Origin: Schmidtea polychroa
Taxonomy: Eukaryota
Assembly (NCBI GenBank): GCA_044892525.1
Contig: CM097885.1
Location: 122,078,001 to 122,142,000, forward strand
Length of the DNA: 64,000 bases
Direction: 5' to 3'
Below are positions 26,165 through 36,516 of the stretch, one piece after another. Every line of letters begins with the position of its first letter. The stretch's first letter is position 1. A model generated the notes under the pieces. That model ran no database searches. It was given only the letters and a program-made list of their open reading frames with translations, and had not been told where the DNA came from. The position numbers were made by a program, and so were the translations under genes.

Positions 26165-26760
26165 GTTTTTTTTGAAAATAAATTTTGAAAATTTTCTTTA
26201 ATGGCTTCGATTAATACAGATAATTACTATTATCATAAATGCAGCAGGGACGTTCACATATCTCAGGATGGTAAATGTGTGACGTGCAATGATGGATTTA
26301 TTGAAAGAATTGAATCGGATAACTCAATGGAAAGTGATGATGATGCCTTGAATGTTTTTCATATTATTCATCATATTCCTGGTGGAAGTACTACAAACGA
26401 AACTGATGGTTCCTTTTTTATTACTCCAAGAGATCCTGATAACAGAAATAGTGTTTATGGCAAACTAATATCAAATTTATTTGGTGGATTGCTACCTCTA
26501 GATTTTAGATCAGATTCGTCAGATTACATATTTTCAGATCAAAGTTTCGACAATTTTGTAACGAGAATTATGAATCAATTTGAACAGAGTGTCCTCCAAC
26601 AGCAAATGAGGCAGATATTGAGAATTTACAAGTCAAGAAAATCACCGAGGCTAATGATACAGGTTCCATTTGTCTGTCAGATTATGAGGTGGCCGATGAA
26701 GTGTAAGAGTTGCCCTGTCAGCATAGAAACCATGTTCAGTGTCTAGAAACGTGGTTAATT
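26165..26760 (+). pseudogene. Intronless RNF115/RNF126-like RING-H2 E3 ligase copy, 3'-truncated
   Basis: N-terminal zinc ribbon YYYHKCSR..CVTCNDGFIERI; DYIFSDQSFDNFVTRIMNQFE; after a frameshift PPTA..ICLSDYEVADEV*ELPCQH.NHVQCLETWL; the final CPxCR is absent. Confidence 0.85.
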
Positions 26761-27988
26761 AAATACCTGTTGTATTTCTCTTTTATTTCGACTAGTTCCG
26801 CTTCTATTTGTCTGTTTTCAACGATTATTTCGTCGAATTTGCTAATCAAAGTATTTATTAGTTGGTTTGTTGTTTCTTTTGGTTCAGGATTTTTGTTGTT
26901 TGACTGGTTGTGGTAATTTGTTTTGTTTCTGTTGTAGTTTCTGTTGTCGGATAGATTTCTTCGTTTATTTTGTCGGCCATGTCCGCAAGTATTTCGACAT
27001 CACCGTTGCTGCTAGCGGCTAGGATGCGTTTGATTTCCGGTGGCATAGCGCGCATGAAGAATTCTTTCACCAATTTGTTTGAACCGGAGTTTTTTATGTT
27101 TGGTTGTAGATACTCCAGTTTTTGTTTTAATTGTCTTCTGAAATTTGTGGGCTTGTTGTCACCTAACTGTGTATTATTGAGACATGACTCTAGCATTTGC
27201 CTTCTGTTGACTTTGTTTTTGTTTGTTAGAACGTTGCAAAGCTTGTTGAACGGGTCTTCGCTCTTTGAAATTTCTTCAATTTGATCAGCTATTTCGTTCA
27301 GTTTGTAACTTGGGAGTGCGGCGATTATGTTTGAACATAGCGTTTTCGTCGACTTTATTCCCGATAAGGTTAGGGTTAGTTTAGCGATTTCAAGCCATTT
27401 TTGGGGTGTCCCATTTTCGTCGCTAAAGTAATTTGGGATGTTTGTAAAATTCGTGTTTTTAAAATTCACTTGAAAAAGGCAGTGCCAAAAATTAGTATCA
27501 AAAAACATCGATATATTACGAATTTATAGTCTTAAAGCTCTCTTTTTAATAAATTCAATGGAAAAATAATCAGTGGTGAAATTGGAAAAAAAGGTTCTTA
27601 TAATACATTCTATATAGTTTTTATAAATACACACACACACTATAGCTTAATTAAATCTACTTTAAAAATAGGCTACCATTGGATTAAATAAATACTATAA
27701 AGTTGTAATATGTACACACATACTTTGGGTGTAGAAAAACTGACTGTACACGTACATGTGTGTAATGGGCAATAAACTACAACAACTTTTAATAATCTAC
27801 AATTTTTATTAAAATTATGCATGTCAAATCGACTTTAAAAGTAGAGGCTTGCTAACTCAAAGTTGATTATTGAGAGTTCCTGATAAGGTATTTCGAAGAT
27901 CAGTGGCTCATTTTGAAGGGTTTTTATCAGGGTACACAGTTGTTTATTTTGATGGTCCAAGATATGGCAAGATAAGGGTCAATATGTG

Positions 27989-28208
27989 AGTAGGGTATGT
28001 AATGGAAACACCGACTCACCCTACCCCAGTTAAGTATTATTAAATTTTCAAATTAAAAAATTAAAAAATTTTAACATTGAAGTAGGGTGTTCCAATTTTA
28101 GACCCCACCCAACTTCAAATCTAAAAAATTAAATAATCTAAATATTGTAGGTGTAATGGGTCTCTAGAATAGGTAGGGTAAGTCGGTGTTCCCATTATAT
28201 ACACTACT
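27989..28208. repeat. 220-bp unit with Polinton-like terminal inverted repeats
   Basis: AGTAGGGTATGTAATGGAAACACCGACTCACCCTACC (27989-28025) and an inverted copy ending ..ACACTACT (28172-28208); no 6-bp TSD. Confidence 0.6.
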
Positions 28209-28658
28209 ACACTTTAAGATAAAAATTGAAAAATATAAAAATTGATGGGTATTGGTAAAAATTTCTATACCCAAGAATGTATTTATCAAAAATTAAAAAT
28301 TCTAAAAATTGATAATTCTAAAAATTGAAAAATATAAAATTATAAAATTCTAAAAAACCGAGGGTCACATTATGAATAGTAAAAATATAAAAATTGAAAA
28401 TTTATAAAATTTAAAACAGTGAAAAAATATTTTTTAAAAAAGATGGCTACTTTGAAAAATTTAGGTACGCAAAATTATTTTTGTAATTTGTGTAATAAAA
28501 ACTTTATAACAAAGACAGCATTAATATCTCATGAAAAATCAAAAGATCATTTAATCAAGAGAAATCTTTTGGATGATATCAACTCTAAAATTTGTAACAA
28601 GTGTAAAGAGAGATATTTATTCATAAACATTATAGAAATTGTATTGGACTTAAAAGAA

Positions 28659-28951
28659 TTAAAGAAAAATTTTCTTGTTTAATATGCCATAGAAATTTCA
28701 AAACTAAATTTGAATTAAAAAACATGCTAGAGAATGTGGTGAAGAAAGTGAACAAGAAGAAAACTGGGATGAATTTAATCACAATGATATATTTGGTTCT
28801 GGAGAAGTTGCAACATGCTCAATTTCATCATATATTTAAAAACATTTAAAAAAGATAAAAGATTCAATGGAGGAATCTATAAAAAAATTCAAAATTGCAA
28901 GGTTCAATAATTTAAAATACAAAATTATAGTTAAAACAAGATATTGGACGG
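28659..28951 (+). repeat. 293-bp direct duplication (second copy 31442-31734) flanking the piggyBac
   Basis: Both copies run from TTAA to GGACGG and appear identical except for 2 nt. Confidence 0.95.
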
Positions 28952-31441
28952 CCAGAGCGGTCATTTTGACCGTTAAGTAATTTAATTTTTAATTTGTGAG
29001 AAAACGAAAAGGAATTAAGGTCTCATATTTTGTGACAATTATTCATTTTTAGTGAACTTGTTGTGCATATCAAAGCTTCAATTATAGCATTTGTCACGAC
29101 TGAGATAATGAGGCCATCCCCATGGAAGGCCGAACCGGTCAATTTGACCGGTATCTTGAAACACACAAGAAAGTCACACATAATCATCTTACATACTAGA
29201 AAATATAAAACCAAATATAATTTACACACAACCGAAGCATTTAACAGTCATTTGGGAATGTTTTCCACAGTAAACTTTACTACATACATGGCATATAGCT
29301 CCGGATTTGTTATCACAATGAGGAGCAGAACAAGTTTTTCGCTTCTTTAATTTTGGTTGTTCAGAACAGAGTTCACCAGAGATGGGACTTGCTGTTCGAC
29401 GGCTTTTGAACTCCTCACAAAGAGATGTAGCTAATTCAAAAATAAAATCCCTTCTTTTTATAGTTGATCCCGTAGCATCTTTGAAAATAACATGAGCGTT
29501 GAGAGCTGCTTTATCAAGCAAATCATAGAAAGTAGCGACTGGCCATCTTGCTGTTGCGGCTTTACTGCTGTATAAACGCAACATGCTATCCATGGTATCT
29601 ACAGCTGTCTTATTTTTGTTATAAAAGTGTATCATTTCAGGCTTTCTCTTTTCGTCAGATCTCACACTAGCAGTAGAATGGAATGTTGACATGACAATGA
29701 CTTTCTTGTCCGATTTGCCTTGATAGGAAACAGTGACAGTGTTTTGACACGATAAATGAGTCGATTCAAAAAGAGGCTTTTTCTCCAAGTGAGCTGATGA
29801 TAAAAAGCGTGAATTTAATCTTACAGTACCAACCAATGTTGTTCGATTTACAAGGAGATGTTCAGCTAGTGAGAGACTTGTAAAGAAATTGTCAGTGCAG
29901 ACATTGTATCCTTTATTGAAAAATGGCTCCATTAGTTTCCTGACTACAAAATCACCCAGCCGTAATCCACAGCGTTCGTTTCTATCGTGAGCCCCTAACA
30001 ATGGCATTTGATTGATGACAAATTTGGTTTTGACATCAATGAGAATCCAGTATTTGATACCGAATTTATCAGGCTTATTTGGCATAAATTGGATGAAGCA
30101 ACACCTATTTTTTAGCGGCAAAAGTTGCTCGTCGACAGTAAGGAAGGGATTAGGAGTATAAACTTGAAGACAGTTTGAAACAAACAAGTCAAATATTTCA
30201 CGAAAATGGGCATATTTATCTTGTTCTACTCTTTGACGTCGAGAACATGGTTCATCAAAACGAAGAAAGCGCAGTATCTCACGGAAACGGTTCCGAGACA
30301 TGACTTCTCTGAAGTAAGGAGATCCAAATTGAGATGACCAGATTGAATTGATAGAATGTCGGCGAAAGCCTAACACACCACGGAGATACAGCAATCCAAG
30401 AAAAGCATCTAATTCTTGTAGACTGATACACCAGTCTGACGAAGCTTCTTTTCCTTTCATAATTGTGTATTTTTGAATTAACTTCAGCATTCCCTCAGAG
30501 ACTATCAAGCGCCAAGCGCTCAGGGGAGAGTCAATTTTGCGCTTTGCAAAAGCTTTCACACCAGGTGTTCCACTAAAAATATTGTGCGCAGGGAATCTGC
30601 CAACACTAATAGCGTGATTATTTTCTACTCGATTCCAAAGAGTGCCATCCCTGCTAGATAAAAGCTGATTTTCTAATGAAGAAATTGAGCTATTGACTGA
30701 CTCATTGTCACTTTCTAACGAACTTCCATTATCATCAGAGTTCCATTCATGTAACTCTTCGTCAGAATCATTTCTTTCGGGCTCATCATCACTTCCCATA
30801 GGCTGATCTTCATCTTCGGAGAGAGCAGCGTCAATATTCCATAGCTTCTGTAAAGCACGTTGAGCAGCAATTCTTTTAGTTGGCATATTTGATTCAAAAT
30901 AATGATAAAAACTCCGTCCATAAAATAAGAAACGTCAAATTTATTATTGGATTCTAATTGAAACACGGTTTTATAATGTTTGTTATCCCAAGAAGTTCAA
31001 AGATTTTCTATAACAATTATTAGATATTGTCTTATGACATTTCGTTAAGTTTTTCGTTTGATTCTTTTAATTTACCAAATTTCAAAACTTAGAACTCTTA
31101 ATGCTTGCTTAATTACACTTTTAATAAGCACTATCTTTGAATAAAAGCAAGAGAATATTTATAAACAAGAAATGAAGTATACATACATACCAATCTGAAT
31201 AAACGCGAAGACAATGTTTAAAATAGTGTAGCTTTGTGTCAGCTAAACAAATATTTAATAAATTAACTACTGTTAGAATAAAAATAGTTAAATTTTGAAA
31301 TCGTGTTAGTAGCACAAAGAAAGTATTGCTAAATGAGTTGCATCATAGAAATCTCAGCATGAAAATAAGGAGCATATGTGTACCGGTCAAATTGACCGGT
31401 TTGGCCTTCCAAGGTATAAAATATTTCCGGCCGTCCTAGTG
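28946..31441 (-). mobile_element. piggyBac element (CACTAG-type end), one end missing 5 bp
   Basis: Right end ..CCGGCCGTCCTAGTG|TTAA; left end begins GGACGGCC; subterminal inverted repeats at 29123-29153 and 31381-31411. Confidence 0.9.
29222..30886 (-). CDS. piggyBac transposase (PGBD4-like), intact 554 aa
   Basis: DDD triad TVDEQL / TDNFFTS / AVDTMD, KPDKFGIK motif and a C-terminal cysteine-rich domain; no stops. Confidence 0.95.
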   Translation of the reverse strand: MPTKRIAAQRALQKLWNIDAALSEDEDQPMGSDDEPERNDSDEELHEWNSDDNGSSLESDNESVNSSISSLENQLLSSRDGTLWNRVENNHAISVGRFPAHNIFSGTPGVKAFAKRKIDSPLSAWRLIVSEGMLKLIQKYTIMKGKEASSDWCISLQELDAFLGLLYLRGVLGFRRHSINSIWSSQFGSPYFREVMSRNRFREILRFLRFDEPCSRRQRVEQDKYAHFREIFDLFVSNCLQVYTPNPFLTVDEQLLPLKNRCCFIQFMPNKPDKFGIKYWILIDVKTKFVINQMPLLGAHDRNERCGLRLGDFVVRKLMEPFFNKGYNVCTDNFFTSLSLAEHLLVNRTTLVGTVRLNSRFLSSAHLEKKPLFESTHLSCQNTVTVSYQGKSDKKVIVMSTFHSTASVRSDEKRKPEMIHFYNKNKTAVDTMDSMLRLYSSKAATARWPVATFYDLLDKAALNAHVIFKDATGSTIKRRDFIFELATSLCEEFKSRRTASPISGELCSEQPKLKKRKTCSAPHCDNKSGAICHVCSKVYCGKHSQMTVKCFGCV

Positions 31442-32661
31442 TTAAAGAAAAATTTTCTTGTTTAATATGCCATAGAAATTTCAAAACTAAATTTGAATTA
31501 AAAAACATGCTAGAGAATGTGGTGAAGAAAGTGAACAAGAAGAAAACTGGGATGAATTTAATCACAATGATATATTTGGTTCTGGAGAAGTTGCAACATG
31601 CTCAATTTCATCATATATTTAAAAACATTTAAAAAAGATAAAAGATTCAATGGAGGAATCTATAAAAAAATTCAAAATTGCAAGGTTCAATATTATAAAA
31701 TACAAAATTATAGTTAAAACAAGATATTGGACGGAAATGAATCAAATCAAAACCTTCTTTATTCAGAAATTGAAACCAACTATAAATATTTATTTTCAAT
31801 GAGTGGATTCAAAAGAAGAATTAAAGATATTAAAGATAAAAGAGTTGGAAGAAAATCAAGAAGATCGTGAACAACAATTAGGAGAATCCAATTTAATTTT
31901 CCATTCTTTCCAAAATATTGAAATAAATTATTAAAAGGGAAGACCACCAACTCCTAGATCTTATATTCCAACACCATTTATTTCTAAATATATTATAAAT
32001 GTTAAAAATAGAGATAACAAATGTTTCCTATGGGCAATTTTATCAGCCCTACATCCACAAAAACATAATTCCGAGCGAGTATCTAAATATCGACAATATG
32101 AAAATGAAATAATATTTTGAGAAGATTTTATAAGTACTTATTGACGAATATTTATTTGCTATCTTTTTTAATAAAAATGAGATATATACGAATATGTTGT
32201 AGAATAATTATGTATGTATTATAAGAACTATTTTTTTCAAATTTCACCACTGATTTATTTTCCATTGTATTTAAATTCACTTGAAAAAGGCAGTGCCAGA
32301 AATTCCTAAATATCAAAAACATCGAAATATTTACTGATTCATAGCCTATAAGCTTCTTTTCATAAGTTTTTTTGCACAATTTCTCATACCAAAGTTTTTT
32401 TTCAGCTTACACGGTTTTTTAAAACTGTGGAAGACATCCTCAATTTTACTATGACTTCATGTCTTTTTTTACATGATTTTATTTTACACGGATTTCTTTG
32501 AAACGTATCTACCGTGTAAATTAATTAGTGCAATTAATTAGTTTTTTATAAATACTTTCGAAGACTAATAAAGTATACGTTAATATAATTGTTCTTAAAT
32601 CTAATTAAATAACTATTAATCCAAGTGTTTTAATATTCTTCAGTTTAATTAATTACAAATA

Positions 32662-35600
32662 ATGAATGAATTAATACATGACAATTATTCGGTTACAAAT
32701 AGTCCTGAAAATTCTTTTCGAGACATTTATAATGGTGAAGATTCAAATATGAGTCTTCCACAAGTATGAATAATTTCTACAAATAATTTTTCTTTTTTAA
32801 TTAATAGAGTGATTCCATAATTACCATTGAAAGTGACAATTTAAAGAAAAACAAAAAGTCAGAATCTGTAAAAAATAATAGACTCACTAAAGGGATAGTT
32901 GCAACACCCGAAATATCAGTTGAAGATATATTTGAATATCGTTGGCCACCAGATGATCCCGATGGTCATGTCCCTTTTAGAGGAAATGATAAGGATACAG
33001 CAGATTGGTTTGTTATTCAGGAAGTAATTTCTAGTTTATTGCAAGTAGGATATATAATAATAATTATATTAATCATTTTTTGATATAGATTAAATCGTTT
33101 AAGCGAAAATATCCCGATTTGTTTAGACGTTTAGTTGATGGTTGGGAAAAAGATTGGTTGTTAAAGAAAAATATGGTACCAAGACCTATTGCAGATTTAG
33201 GGTTAACCGCACTACGTTCTGATGAAGTTCTTTCTCTGTTAGAAACAGATTATCCGGATATGCACGCACAAGTATTTCGTGTTTTCCAAGAAAGAAAGTT
33301 ACAGTGGTTAGCAGAACAACAAAAAGAACAATATCAGGTTTATCTTAACTTTTTAATTAAGATTGTTTTTAATTTTCACCAATTGAAAATTTAAATGGCA
33401 ATTCAACATTAATTGAAATTTCTATTTTAATGTTTAATGGAAATTTTATAATTTCGATTTATATAAAATATTCATCTTTCTATTTTCAGATATTACAAAT
33501 AAAATTGAAGATTTGTATATTATATTGTTATAATATCCTTAATGACAGCGTTTTGTCATTCATTTAAGTTAGTAGAAATGAAAATTTGTTTAAGGATTTA
33601 GTGGTTTTATATGATGGAAATAATGTAATTATTAAGAACACATTTATAAATCTGATCTATAAATTAAACTGTTCCAAGCAACATATTTTATGAAAAAAAT
33701 AATTTATTAAATTTAATATTAATAGTTGTTGAAAAAAGCAGTATATAAGAAACTTAATTGTTTGATCCATAGCCATAATGAAAATGAATCAAATACTATT
33801 TCATCGCTTAACACGGAAGATATGTTCTGTTAGATTATCGTGTTAAACGAAACCGTGTAACCGTGACCAACAAATGTATTGCAAAAGATGGGATAAGTTC
33901 TTTTTTAGAAATATTAATGAAACTTATATGTACTTATTACTTTTTTGAAAATTCATTGAAACATTATTAAATAGATAAAAAATACTATTCAATGTCACTA
34001 GAAAATATTGACACTGGGGTTTTCTTTCGTTTTAGCAGAATATCATCAAAATTTGAATTTTTATCCCTATAAAAATTATTATAATCGATTTTGGTTTTGA
34101 CATGATTGGTCTAAAAAGTTATTTATTTGTAAAACTTAATTTTTCCATTAAAAAAATGAACAAAACAATATAGAATTTTACCACTAAATAAACAATCATT
34201 GAAAAGGCAATGCTAAATGGTTAAATTGACTTAAAGTTGAAAAAGAAATGAAAATAAAATAAATCAGAAAAAGAAAGTATGAAAAGTGTGTTTGATTTGT
34301 TTGTCCCGGACGAGAGTTAATTTTCGTTTTTGTAAAGTCTAAGGAAAATAAAAATTCATGAGACTATTAAAATTGTCTCGTACATACAATGAAATTATGC
34401 ATATTGTAAATTTAACACATTTAAAATGTCTTAAATACCTAATGTGAGTCTTCACATAATTTTCTTTTGATAAAATTTTGCATCCATTTTCATCTAAATA
34501 AGCCCACACTATTGAATTTTTGAGAAATACGATTCCATCTTCCGATAAATTCATTCATATCGTCAATTAAGTATGTCTTTTTTGGGTTAAAGCTTGGTAA
34601 TGTAATAAGATAATAATAATGTAATAAGTCGTCTCCCAAAGTTTTGTTGGAAAAAATGTCCAAAATAGATGACCCGCGTCTAAGCCGACCTATTAAAAAT
34701 CAAATTATGGGTAATATGTAATTTATTTCAAATTATCCAATTCACAAATAAGCACTGCAGGTTTTTTTAATAGCATCATATGATGGCCTCGAAACGCATT
34801 TTACTGGCTTCGATAATCAAAATAATAAACTGGTTCGAACAATTCAATTAGTAATTGGCACATTACATTTATCAATTAATTATTAAACCATAATTATTTT
34901 AATTGCATATAAGCCGACCAATCAACCTTGAAAAAAACCAATCCAAAATTACTCAGCCTATATACGGTAATTAAGAATTACATCTCTCCATGACAAGTAG
35001 ACAATACAAATGCTCTACGTGACTAAATGACATGTAATAAAAGTGATAATCTGAAGACTCGAATATCAGCATTAATCAAACAAACATGCAGGCATTCCAT
35101 TTAATTATTTACAATGTTACATAATATACCTTAGAGGTAAAGACAATTAAATATCTCATTACAACTACGCGACTTTTTGTTTTCAATAATTTAAAATGTA
35201 TAAAATTTTTAGATTTCACGAGTTGAAAGAGGAAGCAAACTAGACGTTTTAAGAAAAAAAGCTTTACAATCAGCGGTAGAATACAACAAATCCTTAATTC
35301 AAGACAGAAAAAGGGAAAGACTATATTATTGGGATTTGCAAACAATGCAAATTCATGTTCCACAGATTAAACGTCCTTTATTTAATTCATTGAATGATGT
35401 GGATAAAGATTTATCAACAAAACAAGACAATTTTAACGAATACCCCATTGCTGTAATACCAGGCCAGTTTGCTACTCGTTATAAGAAGTATAATGCACAT
35501 GAGCTCGGTTATATTCCTCTTAATTCTACTATTTACTGTGGTCCTAATCCGGAAAAAATTAAGCAATTTAATTTACAAATGCAAAACTTAGATTTTCCTC

Positions 35601-36431
35601 TTATTTCAAAGTCAGATTTATCTAATCAACCGGTAATGGCAAAACCTGAAAATTCTCCTAATTCATCTGGAATAACATGTAGCATTTGTCGCCAGCGTAC
35701 TGACAATCCACTGAAATGTGCAGATTGTGGCAAAGGTGGTCATCCAGAATGTATGGATATAAAAGATGACATGATAGAAGTTGTGCGCGGGTAAAAGTTA
35801 TTACATTTAATTTTATGGCCATTTTCGATTTATTTATAAGTAATCTTAAACATAAAACATTTGGATACAGTTCAAGTAGTAGAAATCGGGTAAATTTTCA
35901 AAACACGGTATTTCAAAATTAAAACCAATAAACTGTTTTCATTTAACCCTTTCGCGGACACATGAAATTTAGAAAATGTTCGCAAAGTGACACAAGTAAT
36001 TATTTGGGTTTTAATGCAGATATTTAAATTCGGTACAAGAGTACAAAAATCTATATAGGTCACTAACTCAAATCTGATTGATTCTGTAAGGGCACAAAAT
36101 ATGCTCCTACATATGCTCCCAATTTAAGCAATTCGTAGTGTCGGCCTATGCCGACGTGTCCTCGAAATGGTTAAGAAAGTATAATCGGGTTCCTTGAGGA
36201 AACCTGTTCATACGCTTGTAGTATTTCTGTTAATATATAGTTGGTTAGATATGTCTACAAATTCTCCTCATTTTTAATCATAAAAAGCACAACTATTTTA
36301 CAAGCGTTAGCGAACGGCAGTGCCTCTGAGTCTCTATGACATATTTCTTTGTATTTTGATAATAATTAGACTCAAATAATTTATTATAGAACAAAATTTA
36401 CTTTATTTACATAAAAATGAAAAACATAATT

Positions 36432-36516
<85 letters not shown>

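Larger units (their letters stand above)
21326..27465 (-). mobile_element. Gypsy (Mag-like) internal region, copy 1, LTR-less, with two insertions
   Basis: gag 26858-27465, zinc knuckle CYFHNKF.DKAYKCTKPC (~25690-25745), protease FLIDTGSV, RT WRACGDYRLLN / KIDLQKAYHQI, integrase IHTDVVGPLP..QSNGKIERFHR. Confidence 0.93.
28442..32120 (+). pseudogene. Polinton/adintovirus-like C2H2 + protein-primed PolB N-terminal relic, split by the piggyBac
   Basis: C2H2 fingers CNLCNKNF..HEKSKDH and CLICHRNFKTKFELK; motif RSYIPTPFISKYIINVKNRDNKCFLWAILSALHP..NSERVSKY at ~31960-32120, recognised from memory as the region preceding Polinton-type PolB; stops and frameshifts. Confidence 0.7.

Noticed and set aside
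27800-27988. Possible Penelope-like RT fragment (LILPYLGP on the minus strand)
   Set aside because: A single short motif with surrounding stops; not enough to call.
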